Below, piece by piece: positions 11,901-24,900 of a stretch of DNA of 64,000 bases. Location of the stretch: the NCBI RefSeq assembly GCF_963506605.1, contig NC_083288.1, positions 28,892,001 to 28,956,000 on the forward strand, written 5' to 3'. Every line of letters starts with the position of its first letter. Positions within the stretch are counted from its first letter, which is position 1. The DNA is from Zootoca vivipara (lineage: Eukaryota). The position numbers and the translations under genes are program-made. The notes beneath the pieces were generated by a model, which saw only the letters and a list, made by a program, of their open reading frames with translations, did no database searches and was not told the origin of the DNA.

Positions 11901-14023
11901 CACCCCCGGAACGTGCTCCACGGCCCTCTGGGAGGCACGCCCCACCCCCCAGAACGTGCATCACAGCCCTCCGGGAGGTGCGCCCTGCCCCCAGAATGGG
12001 CGGCAGCCTCGCCCCTGCCCCCAGTGCCGGAGCATGAAGCTCCACCACTGGACACACTGCCAGGTCGCTCCCACTCTGTCTTTCAAGTTGGCAGACATGG
12101 GATTACACAGTACTGAGGGATACAGTGAAAATCGCAGACCCCACTGGGGGACATTGCAAGGATTTATTCCTCATAAATCTTCTCTTTCCCCTTCCTGAAC
12201 TTTGTCGCAGCCTCTGGAGGGCTGCGAAGAATAACTGCAATTGATCGTGGCTGTGGCCAGAAACCTTAAAATATGCCCTTTTAAGCGAATTCCAGAATTT
12301 GTCTCTTCCCCTAGCATTGTAAAAAGCTTCCTTTTTTTAAGCTTCCTTACAAACTCTCCAAAGGTCAGATTCATAAGCTTCAGAAAAGTTACATAGGCAG
12401 TAAAACATAGCTTAGTTACAAAGTGATGAAAATTCCTAAATTATCCATATACCCTGTGTTTCTCCGAAAATAAGACACCGTCTTATATTTATTTTTTCTT
12501 AAAAAAAAACACACCACACTATGGCTTATTTTCAGGGGGTGTCTTATTTTTTTCCTCCTCCTCCTCCTCCTCCTCCTGCCACGACTGGCATTGCTGCTGT
12601 GCCTACCACTATGTCTTATTTTCAGGGTATGGCTTATATTCCTTGAATACTTAAAAATCCTGCCACAGCTTATTTTATGGCCACGTCTTATTTTTGGAGA
12701 AACAGGGTATTAATTCAAGAATGTCTGATGAGAGCATGCAGTTAAGCAGCAGCAACCAACACAAACACCTTCACACATTGAGCTTCTTGGTTAGACTTAG
12801 TGGGGAGAGGGGTAGAATTGGTTACCACCACCACCCCCAAGATAAGAGGAAATGACCTAGCTAACCTGACAGCACGGCTAACTCTATGATATTAACCCCT
12901 TCATGTGTTACTTAGACTTAAGCAGAGTGGTTATAGGAGGCTGGTTATCTCATAGTGCCTTCATTACATATCTTTAGGTGCCAGGTGAAAACATTCTTCT
13001 TCCATCAGGCTTTTCTCTGATTAAGCAATCGTTATTATGTTGTGTATTATGTTGAACGCCACCCTGTGATCTTTGGATGAAAGGCTGAATATCAATTTAG
13101 TAACAATAAATTACCTTTGCTTTTCAGATATGCATGACTGTTATGACTGCATGGACACAACCTATCCAAACATGAAGCATGATTTTTGCATACCCAAAGC
13201 TAGAACATACTTATCTTATAAAGAACCTCTGGGAATCACCTTAAGCCTCTTTGTACTTTCCTTAGCGTTAATAACAGCTCTGGTGCTGGGAATAATTCTG
13301 AAGAACCACAACACTCCCATCGTCAAAGCCAACAACCGGAACCTCACATACATTCTCCTGATCTCCCTTCTGCTTTGCTTCATTTCTGCATTGCTTTTAA
13401 TTGGCCATCCTGAACCGGTGACATGTCTTCTCCGACAAACTGCTTTCAGCACCATCTTCTCAGTGGCTGTTTCTTCTGTGCTGGCAAAAACTATCATGGT
13501 GGTTCTGGCATTTATGGCCACAAAGCCAGGAAGCAGGATGAGAAAATGGGTGGGGAAAAGCCTGGCCAACTCCATTGTTGCATCTTGTTCCTTTGTGCAA
13601 GCAGGCATTTGCAGTGTGTGGCTGGCAACCTCTGCCCCATTCCCAGATGTGGACATGCACTCAGTGACTACAGAAATTATATTAGAATGTAATGAGGGAT
13701 CTGTCATTTTATTCTCTTGTGTCTTGGGCTATCTTGGCTTCTTGGCTATTGTCAGTTTTGTTGTGGCTTTCTTTGCTAGGAAGTTACCAGACAGTTTCAA
13801 TGAAGCCAAGTTCATCACTTTCAGCATGTTGGTGTTCTGCAGCGTGTGGCTTTCCTTCATTCCAGCTTATCTGAGCTCCAAGGGCAAATACATGGTGGCT
13901 GTGGAGGTCTTTTCTATTTTAGCTTCCAGTGCTGGCTTGCTTGTTTGCATCTTTGCACCCAAATGTTATATCATTTTGTTGAGACCTGAGCTGAACAACA
14001 GGGGACAGCTAATAAGAAGATAA
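2334..14023 (+). CDS. Vomeronasal type-2 receptor (V2R, class C GPCR), gene A, 6 exons, ~869 aa
   Basis: Exons 2334-2551, 3366-3657, 5534-6382, 7185-7412, 8109-8235, 13128-14023. All GT-AG; sizes 218/292/849/228/127/896 join in frame. Signal peptide, Venus-flytrap motifs ([21 protein letters not shown]), cysteine-rich CCYDCIPC, 7TM motifs [29 protein letters not shown]. Confidence 0.93.
3900..4838. mobile_element. Unclassified insertion in gene A intron 2, preceded by (AAC)n
   Basis: Absent from paralogous intron 2 of gene C; alignment resumes at ~4840 vs ~31948. Family not recognised. Confidence 0.4.
5452..5503. repeat. (ATT)n microsatellite
   Basis: Direct reading; ~30 bp upstream of the exon 3 acceptor of gene A. 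Confidence 0.95.
6811..7143 (+). mobile_element. Sauria/POM-type SINE
   Basis: tRNA-like head GCTGTGGGTTAAACCACAGAGCCTAGGGCTTGCCGATCAGAAGGTCGGC, core GTGCAAGTAGATAAATAGGTACC, tail GGGTCCCTTAACCTTT; imperfect TSD TATATAAAT(T/G)CTG. Confidence 0.85.
9290..10600 (+). mobile_element. Old degraded L2-like LINE fragment, interrupted by a SINE
   Basis: Remnant RT translation [21 protein letters not shown] and a later L2-type block around 10300-10330 (CTTCAGTTGGTGCAGAAT). Confidence 0.65.
9860..10209 (-). mobile_element. Sauria/POM-type SINE
   Basis: Reverse complement of the SINE at 6811; 14-bp TSD CCCTTATCTGGATA at 9846-9859 and 10210-10223. Confidence 0.9.
11790..12050. mobile_element. GC-rich hAT-like MITE with internal ~43-bp tandem repeats
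   Basis: 8-bp TSD GACACACT at 11782-11789 and 12051-12058; termini CAGGG...CACTG. Confidence 0.65.
12452..12707. mobile_element. Tc1/mariner-like MITE
   Basis: Inverted termini CCCTGTGTTTCTCCGAAAATAAGAC / GTCTTATTTTTGGAGAAACAGGG flanked by TA. Confidence 0.75.
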
Positions 14024-15034
14024 GAATGAATAAATAGCTTTTTGTTACAGTCTGTGGTCTGGATGCATATCTACACACATACACACACCTTTCTGATATA
14101 TTCCCCTTTCTGGAGCTCTTCAATATATGTTTTGCTCAAAATTCTCTAAGCACTTACCTGTTTGAGATACATGTGAAACTCAGAATCAACTTTTTTAAAA
14201 TGTATGTACAGAAGGGAAGTCATACAGACTCATGTATGTATAGAAAGTATTTTTAAGTCAGACACAATCAAGAACTATACAGCAACACAGAAATGAGGAT
14301 CAGAGTAGGTTTAAATGGAAGTATGATGAATGCTTTTCAAACTTTGTGAGGAGTAAAGTAAGTTTGCATTCTGACTCCCACTCTTTTTTATTTTATAGCA
14401 ATAGATTTTTTAGCCAATGCAAACTCCCCATCTTCATGTATGCAGATGATTTAGTGTTCCTCTCTATTTCTCTATTGCACCTCAAAAAAACTCTTGGAGA
14501 TGTTCACTGCATACTGTAAACAAGAAAGCTTATGTATAAACTACAAAGAGAACAAATTTCTAGGGTGACTGCTTCTAATGAATTCTGAATTCTAAATAAA
14601 AAAGTTTTGCTTTCCCAATGCAAGTCAATGTGAGGACCAAATATTATGATTTCTGAATTTTAATTCTGAATCCATGTGTCTGTTCTGTCCTGTTTCTGCT
14701 TTTTTTAAAAAAATATGCACAAAAGTAGCATTTGTTTTTATGTGCATGTGAGAAAGTCCAGTGATGTCCTCTCTCCAGAAGCTTTGGAGCCGACCGAGGA
14801 CTTCCAGGTAGGTTACACCTTCTATTGTGCCAAGAGGACGGTCCTGACCCTTACCTGGTCTACTCCCTTGGCTACGCCTCCCCAGTAGTGATTGGTTCAC
14901 TGAGGTGAGTTAGGCAGGAACCTCAGGTTTGCAACTTTGGGAGGCAGTCCACAACTGCTTACCTGGGAATCACGTAGGATGGGGGGTGCTGCGAGTAGCC
15001 ATGCAAATAGGGCCCTCCTTCTGATGTGGAGAGC

Positions 15035-15072
<38 letters not shown>

Positions 15073-15204
15073 TTCCCAAAAATATACATTTTAAAAAGTA
15101 TTTTGATACCCATTAAAAAATAAAATAAAATAACCCTTAACAACTCCATTAGACCATCCAGGAACAGGGGGGTGGAAAACAACTAATGAAAAACTAAGCT
15201 GTGG

Positions 15205-15690
15205 ACTGCACATCAGATCAGAGTTGTTAGGCAAAAAAAGGAGCAAAGTAAAACTTCTGTCCAGATGTGACAAACATGATTTTCTGAAATTAACTGCAAT
15301 TACACAACCTTGACTTTGTAATTATTATCCTTTGTAATTTTATTGAAAAATAAAAAGTGCAAAATTACTAGTGCACAGAGTGAGACACAAACAAAAGAAA
15401 CAAGAAATAGTACCCATGTAGAAAACAAATCGGAAGAAAGATATTGTGTATATTACAGGGGGGGGGGGACTTGTTATTGTAGTTAGCCAGATGTTAATCT
15501 AATATGGCATTTATTTTTTAAAAAAATATTCAGCATATCAGATGCTAGACGGAAAAGGGAAAAAAAGTAAAACCTCTGTCCAGGTATGACAAACAAGATT
15601 TTCTGAAATCTTCTACAGTTCCACAGAGGAAACCCCTACTTTGTAATTATTTTCCTTTGTTATTATAAAGTAGACTCTAATTAACTCTGA
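15205..15690 (+). promoter_or_regulatory. Duplicated conserved upstream module of gene B (two copies ~320 bp apart)
   Basis: CTGTCCAGATGTGACAAACATGATTTTCTGAAAT (15257) and CTGTCCAGGTATGACAAACAAGATTTTCTGAAAT...TTCCACAGAGGAA (15576-15631). Confidence 0.55.
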
Positions 15691-15907
15691 CACGTGTAAA
15701 ACTACCTGCAATTATTAGTGCTGGAGACTGCAAAGGATGTTATATATGTGTCATATTAAAAAATATGGCTCAGGACTAACAATATTTATTCTTCCTGTTT
15801 AAGGTCTAAAAGTTTCAGCCTTTGAAACTTGCAGGCAATATATTGATAGATTAGTCTGTGGGAACACAATAAGGTAGGTCTAGTGAAGGTTTGCCCTTAT
15901 ACTCAGG

Positions 15908-18900
15908 ATGGTGATATTTGTGATGTCGCTGCTGGCATTGCTTTCTCACATGTCATGCAAGTCTCACATTGTGAAGTGTCATGTCCATGATCCACACCCT
16001 CCGCTTCACGAGTATCACCAGACAGGGGAGCTCATTCTTGGTGGCATAGCTTCTCACAGCTTCATTGTCTCCAAACAATTATCCTTCACTGAAGAACCTC
16101 CACCAGCATTGGTTGAAGAACTTCTGTAAGGGGTTCTCCTATCTTTTTTTTTTTTAATCTTAGCCTTAGATTTTCATCTTCATAGCCAAAATTTAGACTT
16201 GGTATGATACTCATCAAGCTATTTTAAAATCTATTTAAAAAGTACCTCTGTGGTCATAATTCAGAAAACATTCTGAATTATAAGTAGTTGGGAAACACCA
16301 GTACTCAAAATATGAATCTTACTAAGATGTAGTAGTTGTTGTTGTTGGCATCTGTCTTGAGGGACAATGCAGAGACAACAAGACCCCACTCTCAGTCTCG
16401 CTGATTTGGTCCAAAGGAAAGCACAGTGATACATTTGTCATCAACTTGGCTGCAGGAATTGCCATAAGGAGGCATGCAAGAAGTCTTCCATCCATTTTAG
16501 GGACTCCTCTCCAAATTCATCTAGGGTGCAGATTTTCCCTTGCGGTTTACTCCCAATGCCTTTCTCATGAATTTGTGTAGCCAAAAGGCAGCAGATGTTT
16601 AGGATCACTTTTATTTCTCCTATATGGGCTGCCTTCCAATATTTACAACATCCATCTGCCCCTCATTTCCCTCTACAGTATGTGCAATAACCACCTTCTT
16701 AACTGTTGGGCCCACTCTGTGTCTTCTCTCCTCAATCCACCAGAGACTTTCTTCACATGATGGAGAAGTCCCAAACTTACTGAGGGTTTGAGACCCATTG
16801 ACTACCCTCACCTAGTTTAGCTGGCCAGTGAAGCTGTTCGATAGGGTGGCATGGAGACAGCTTCTAGGAACCACAGATGAGAACTGGATGTGTCCCCTAC
16901 CAGAGGTCCTACCCCCTCCCCTAATACTACATATATCCCACCTTACTGAGAAGTACCTATTATTATGTATAGAGATGATTATTGATATATACTTTCCTTA
17001 TGATATTTACTTTGCTTAGGACAATTTAGGCTTAGAACTATTTAGGCTTACCTAAAAATGTGGCAAAAATGATGGAGTAGTGATCGTTTTTCAAAGCATG
17101 AGTACGTTTCTGATGTTTAATGTCACACTTGTTCAGTGTAGTAACTAAGATTTACCAGCACAGTGATACATTTGTCATCAACTTGGCTGCAGGAATTGCC
17201 ATAAGGAGGCATGCAAGAAGTCTTCCATCCATTTTAGGGACTCCTCTCCAAATTCATCTAGGGTGCAGATTTTCCCTTGCGGTTTACTCCCAATGCCTTT
17301 CTCATGAATTTGTGTAGCCAAAAGGCAGCAGATGTTTAGGATCACTTTTATTTCTCCTATATGGGCTGCCTTCCAATATTTACAACATCCATCTGCCCCT
17401 CATTTCCCTCTACAGTATGTGCAATAACCACCTTCTTAACTGTTGGGCCCACTCTGTGTCTTCTCTCCTCAATCCACCAGAGACTTTCTTCACATGATGG
17501 AGAAGTCCCAAACTTACTGAGGGTTTGAGACCCATTGACTACCCTCACCTAGTTTAGCTGGCCAGTGAAGCTGTTCGATAGGGTGGCATGGAGACAGCTT
17601 CTAGGAACCACAGATGAGAACTGGATGTGTCCCCTACCAGAGGTCCTACCCCCTCCCCTAATACTCCATATATCCCACCTTACTGAGAAGTACCTATTAT
17701 TATGTATAGAGATGATTATTGATATATACTTTCCTTATGATATTTACTTTGCTTAGGACAATTTAGGCTTAGAACTATTTAGGCTTACCTAAAAATGTGG
17801 CAAAAATGATGGAGTAGTGATCGTTTTTCAAAGCATGAGTACGTTTCTGATGTTTAATGTCACACTTGTTCAGTGTAGTAACTAAGATTTACCAGCAAAT
17901 CCTGACCTTGGCATCTGCAATGAAAGAGATCAATGAAAACCCTCAGATTCTCAGGTTTAAATTATGGTTATGGTTATGGTTATGATATAGGGTCTTTTCT
18001 TTTCTTTTCTTTTCTCTTTTCTTTTCTTTTCTTTTCTTGGCCAAGCCTTTTTGCTGAATTTTCCTTTGGCCAAAAATGAATATCAGATCTAAATGCATTA
18101 TTCCCTTTGGGAAACACATCAAGCATTTATGCTGAATTTTTTTTTTACCAATACAGGGATGGTGATTTGAACTTAATATGCACAATTTCAGATTTTCACC
18201 AATAAAATGAGCAAGGATGGTGGTTTCAACATTGTGTGGTGGTTGTTAATAATTTTATTTACCACTTGTCCTTTGGGGTAAGGTCCCAAGGTTTGTAACA
18301 ACATTAAAAACAATTTTAGAAAATCAATATGCAAAATTTGGGCTCAGATGTTCTAATACTACCTACTTCTGTTACATGTCACATTTCAAATATTTACCCA
18401 ATTACCTGCAGCAAAATCTAGGTGCCACTCCCAGCTGAGTGAATATGGGATTGCAACTTTCTTGGAGGCGAGAGTTGGACTTCGTATAATATTGAGGAAA
18501 GCTATGTTGAAATACATTAACAAGTTGCATTTGATTATAACCTGATGAATGTTCCAGGTCATGACTAATTTGAATTTGCTTTATGAATTGCATTGGTTAA
18601 TTGTAATGTTATGTATTACATTGGTTAATCATTTCATTTTAAGTAGGCCACCCTAAACTACTACCACAAATGTGGTATAAAATAATGGAAAAGATTTTAG
18701 ACAATGTAGGATATGATGTAGATTGCAATTCTCATTCTAGCGTGGTGACTAAGAATTACCAGCATGTCCTGGCCTTGGCATTTGCAGTAAAGGAAATCAA
18801 TGGAAATTCTCAAATTTTACCCAATACCACTTTGGGCTTCCACATCTTTGACAGCTATTTCATTGCAAAGGGTACATATCATGCCACACTGCTCCTTACG

Positions 18901-21900
18901 TCCACCGCAGAGAGATTTGTTCCCAACTATAAATGTGATACTCAGAATAATTTGATAGCTGTCATTGGGGGTCTTGACCCCCTAACTTCTCTTCATGCAG
19001 CAACAGTCTTGGATATCTACAAAATTCCACAGGTATATCAGTCATTGTGCTGTGCATGATAGATTTATGGGTGTTTTCTCCTTAAGATTGTATTGCCTGC
19101 AGTATTTCACTTTGAGGTTCAGAGGCTAAAATATGTGAACTGGTATTGTGTAGGCTTCCATAGCTTAGCAAGACTCTTATTCAGAAAATACAAAAGAACA
19201 TGCTCGCTCGCTCTCACACATGCATATGGTTCTTTTACTTTTTCTTGCCACTAGTTGTTTCATCATCTGAGTTTTTAAAGAATTCAGGATCTGTTTCAAG
19301 GAAACCTGTCAGTCTCCAAAAGGAAGATGCATTATCTAAGTAAAAAAAAAAAAGTTTTGAAAAAAATAAATTGAATTTTGCACGGCTCACTGTCATCATC
19401 TAGTGCAGGGGTCCCCAAACTAAGGCCCGGGGGCTGGATGTGGCCCAATCGGCTTCTCAATCCGGCCCACGGAAGGTCCAGGAATCAGCATGTTTTTACA
19501 TTAGTAGAATGTGTCCTTTTATTTAAAATGCATCTCTGGGTTACTTGTGGGGCATAGGAATTTGTTCATATTTTTTTCAAAATATAGTCCGGCCCGCCAC
19601 AAGGTATGAGGGACAGTGGACCAGCCCCCTGCTGAAAAAGTTTGCTGACCCCTGATCTAGTGCACCTTAAAACACATTTAAAATGTTTTATTTACATCTG
19701 TATAGCTGAGTCCATGGGACCCGGGTGGCACTGTGGGTTAAACCACAGAGCCTAGGGCTTGCCGATCAGAAGGTTGGCAGTTCGAATCCCCGCAACGGGG
19801 TGAGCTACTGTTGCTCAGTCCCTGCTCCTGCCAACCTAGCAGTTTGAAAGCACATCAAAGTGCAAGTAGATAGATAGGTACCGCTCCAGCAGGAGGGTAA
19901 ATGGTGTTTCCGTGTGCTGCTCTGGTTTGCCAGAAGTGGCTTAGTCATGCTGGCCACATGAACTGGAAGCTGTACGCCGGCTCCCTCGGCCAATAAAGCA
20001 AGGTGAGTGCCGCAACCCCAGAGTCGGTAATGACTGGACCTAATGGTCAGGGGTCCCTTTACCTTTACCTAGCAGAGTCCATGGTTTCCTCTTTCCTCAC
20101 CTTTATCGACACTCATTTTGGCAGTCCTCCACCTACAGATCTCAGAGCTTTATTGGGGGGGGTGGCTTTCATATCCACACTAGAAGTCTCAATAAATGTT
20201 CAGTAATTTTTGCATGATAAATATCTTGTATTTATTTATTGAACAATATGGACCTAAATGCATAAACAAACCTTCCTTCCTTATTTATTTATTTTTATGT
20301 ATTTATTTATTACTTAAAATCACTTGTTAAAACAGGAAAAAAATAGTAAAACAGTAAAAGTAAGAAAATTTCATAATCATACTTTTTCAAAAGTTAAAAT
20401 ACTACAACAGATCCAAAGTGTATCAACTTTAAAATCATCTGGGTAGGCATACCTAAACAATAATGCTTTTAGGAGGCACAAAAATAGTCCAATGAAGACA
20501 TCTGCTTGATTTCAATGTGCAGGAATTCCAAAGTGAAGAACCTGCCAAAGGAAACAAACAATCAAGTTCTTAAAAATGTGAAACAGGTATTATGAGGCAC
20601 CTGTAAGAGTGCCAATTCCACTATCATAGCTTTAAGGTAGGCATATGTGGGCTAAGGCAATCTCATAGTTCTGCAGTTCTGTTTATTGTGCTGCTATACA
20701 TTTAAAAATGTTGCAGAAAGACTCTCTGGATATCTCCATTAAAGCATTCCTATCTGTATGTTTCCATTTCTGTCCCTCCCCCCTTTAGCTCACATATGGT
20801 CCTGCTCCCATCATGCATGATAAAACTCCAGGGCTCTCCTTCTACCAAATGGTCCCACAAGAAGCTCTTCAGTATGAGGGGATTCTCTCCTTACTTCTGC
20901 ATTTCAGGTGGACATGGATTGGGCTCCTTATGATGGATCTTGAGAATGGAGAACAATTTGTGCAAAAGGTGGTTCCAATGTTTTCCTCTAGTGGTATCTG
21001 TTTTGCAATCATAGAGAGAGTCCCCAAATTAACTTTCATCACCAAAGCTAAAGACTTGTTACAGGAGTGTGCAAAAATACATGATAAAGTAATAAGGAGC
21101 AAAGCCAATGTGATTATCCTCTACGGAGAATCTTATGCAATGCTATTTTTTAGATGGTTTCCATATTTATCAGAAGAAGAAGAGATGGGAGAGGATGCAA
21201 GAGGTAAAGTGTGGATAATGACAGCCCAGATGGAGCTGACGTCTGTGGTCTATCAAAGGACTTGGGATACACAAATAATCCATGGGGCTCTGTCTTTCGC
21301 AATTCACTCAAATGCTCTACCAGAATTTCGCAAATTTCTTGAACACATAAATCCTTGCACCACAAAAGGAGATTATTTCATCAAGGATTTCTGGCAACAG
21401 GCCTTTGCTTGTGTCTTCCCTAGTACAGTCCCAGATGGTGAGGATCAAGAGATTTGCACTGGAGAGGAGAACCTGGGGATGCTTCCGGCACATTTTTTTG
21501 AAATGAGCATGACAGGCCATAGCTACTGTATATACAATGCTGTTTATGCCATGGCCCATGCTGTCCATGCTATGTTCTCCTCCAGACTCAATTCTAGATT
21601 TATCATAGACAACAGGAAGCTGCCATTTCAGAATCCACAGCTGTGGCAGGTAATGAGGCTGGATTTCACTTGTAACAGTGTACCAAAGCTTTGGTTTTTA
21701 AATAGTGCACAACTTGTGCAATAAATTAGCTCTATGAACACTTCTATTGATTTCATTTGTTAGATTGACTTACACCTCCATTTTCTCTTTTTTAATGTAG
21801 TTTCATCATTTCCTCAGAAGTCTGTCATTTAATAATAGTGCGGGCGACATGGTTTCCTTCAACCAGAAAGGGGAGTTGGAAGCTGGGCTAGATATTATTA

Positions 21901-24900
21901 ATTGGATCGTTTCACCAAACCAATCCTTTCATAGAGTTAAAGTTGGAAGGATGGATCCCCAGACTTCTTCAAATCAATTATTCACCTTACATGAGGATGC
22001 TATAACATGGCACAAGTGGTTTAACCAGGTACAATCCAATTGTAGATATTTTGAGTCCTGAGTGTAAAATAGTTTCATCTGAGTTTGTAATGTATGAAGA
22101 TTTGATGAACTGATTATGCTATAGATTTCATTTTTTTGATGAATTGTTGGAGGAACCAAATGCATCTTGTGCATTGAATATATGTAAAATAATGATAATT
22201 GGTTAAGGTCCAAAGTCAGTTTCCAATTACCTGAGAGCCCTGGGAAACAGCATTTGCTTCCCAGCATGACAGCGGTGTCTTCCAGGAGCCATGCTCCCCC
22301 TTCCTGCACAACTGGGAATGGAATGTATAGCCCCGCCCCCTTGGTTGTGCAGGCATTGGTCTGGAAACACCAATCAAGTGTCAGGAGAGGGGTGGCTCTG
22401 CAAATGAGGGCTGTATCCAGAGTCCCCCTTCTTGGATTGCCACTGGATTCACCACCCAACCTTCCAGGAAGGGGTGTTTTTGTCTGGGTGCACACAAGAG
22501 AGGCCAAGGAGCTATAGCACCCTTCCCAATGGCAGCCCTGGTAGGATCGTGACACCTGGTGCATGTCAGTGGGCGGCTCCTAGTCAGGGTTGACACCCCC
22601 CCCCCACTTACTTAACACCTAGGAGGCAGACTGCTTGATACCAAGTACATGCCCCGTGCCTTGGCCGGAACCTACTTACACCAGTAAACAATAAAGTTGT
22701 GGCCTAATTCATCTTATTTCTGGTTGGCCCCTCACTTGGACTCAGGCACCATGTGACTGGGAATGCAATCACACACACTGATTTCAATGAGTCTGTTCAG
22801 ATTGGTACATCATTGAATATGACTCAAAATATCAAATTTCATCCATAGGATAAAACTATGTCATCTTTAAGCATTGCATTTATGCAATAATTCCTGACAC
22901 CTGCTTGCATCACCAGCTTGCTCAAAACCAGCTAGCATCACCTCACAGTAGTCTCAATATGTAGAAAACTTTATTTCATGCTTGCCTCTATCAAAAGAGC
23001 ACTTAATACTCTGTAACACACTGATCCAGCCACCTCACTATATTGGGTAGTTTCACTGACAAGGCGAGGCTACACTCCGTGCCTTTACAAATGCATGTTT
23101 CTTTTCAAAACTGTTCTTCCTAAAATTGATTGATTATTCGGGTAGAAACTATTAATAGTTGTTAAATCATTCAGATGCAACATGATCACTCTCTTTGATT
23201 GGCACAAACAAAAGGCAGCATTAGATAATTGTTTCAGGCACTGAATGCAGAGGAGTCATAAATTGGAATCTCCTGGAGTGAAGAATGGTCACCCTTCTGT
23301 TCCTGATAGCAGCCTTCTGCGTTCAACACTCACCCACTCTTCCTCCTTTTCCACACTGCCTCACTTTGAGAAAGCACAAACAGCATACCCTCCAACATGT
23401 TGACGGTGGAAACCACGAAATGCATCTTCCCAACCCCACTCCCATGTGAGTCCTGTGACCTGCACGAGATCCAAAAGCACACGTTTTGGGGCTCCACAAT
23501 CTTGTGCATTTTTCGGCTGGGAGCATGGCACCCAAAAGTGGGATGTCCTGATTTTATCAGGGCAGTGAGGGATATGCAGCTGGTTACTTCCTCACAATGA
23601 GTGCATTCTGGACAATGTCCACCTGCATAACTACATTTGTGTAGTGACTAAAAGTTCAGTTTAAAGTAAGTTAACAATTTAAACTTGGCAATAATTGTAT
23701 AGATTGCAAGATCAATATCCTCCTTTTTCATTCATGGATTAGGCAAGGCCTGTTTCTCAATGCAGTGAGAAATGCAGCCCTGGTTCAAGCAAGAAAGTAA
23801 AGGAAGGGGAGCCATTTTGTTGCTACGATTGCATCCCCTGTCCAGAAGGGAAGATTTCAGACCAGAAGGGTAAGCAATAATGTATATAGAAATAGGAGTC
23901 AGATTGCATTATTTTCAGAGGAATAGCGTTAAAATAAATAAATAAGGGTGTGCATACAGTAGGGCTGCATTCAGATACTACTATATTTCATTTTCCTAAC
24001 ATTTTCTAGCTAATAATTTCCAGGTTTTATGTGACCTTTCCTGTGACCTGAAAGAAGTATGTGAAAACGAGCAGAATCTAGGGGAGGTTTAGTGATCATT
24101 TCAATGTGATTAGATTCCAGTACTAAATACATTTGCAACCCTGTTAACCTGGGGAATTGTGGGCATTTTGTGTTGTAGTTTCACATGATGAAATTTGGGG
24201 CAGTATTCCTTTTAAAAATAAAATAAAAAATAAAATAAACTTTATCAGAATTCAAATTAAAATAAACACTCACATAAACACATACACACTCTTGAAATAA
24301 TAATAACAACATACAAAATCATATATAATAAGAATAATAATAAAATAATAGCAATGATAATAATAAAAGTATGACTTGAAAATTAAATTCGTACATTCAA
24401 CTTAAATCAAACTTAAATTATAATACCCGTAACCCTGAAAGAATTACGAGTAAAAAAAGGAAAAAAGTACAGACAAAAATCCTCCATTCAAACAGTCATT
24501 CAAAATTATAATAATCATAATACTCCAAGTACTCCAAGTACGTTCCACCTATAATCCCCTTTAGTTATTTCCCTTTTTCTCCTCCTCTCCTATTTGACTT
24601 CCACTCATCTCTCTCAGGTTCATCAAGTACCATATTACAATACTGCTTCCCCTTATTCCTACAAATATATATCATAAAATATCCCAATTTTTTCAAAAAC
24701 TATAGAATTTCATCATCCATCAACTTTATCAACTTAAAATAAATCAACTTTCAGTACGAGATCTTAGAAATAAACCCAGGATTTTTGGGCAGTATTTCAG
24801 CGTATCACTCCTTCCAGCCAGAAGTTGTATTTTAATTGTTTTAGTATATTGTATGGTAGAAAAAAATGAAATGCAGACTGCAAATGTCATATATTAATAT

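Noticed and set aside
11727-12198. Cluster of overlapping GC-rich ORFs
   Set aside because: Arise from a GC-rich MITE with internal repeats; no protein motifs.
13216-13707. 163-aa antisense ORF repeated at 37001-37492
   Set aside because: Conserved only because it is the reverse strand of near-identical V2R exon 6 copies.
21974-22564. 196-aa minus-strand ORF
   Set aside because: Crosses a TE remnant, an intron and exon 4 antisense; no recognisable domain.
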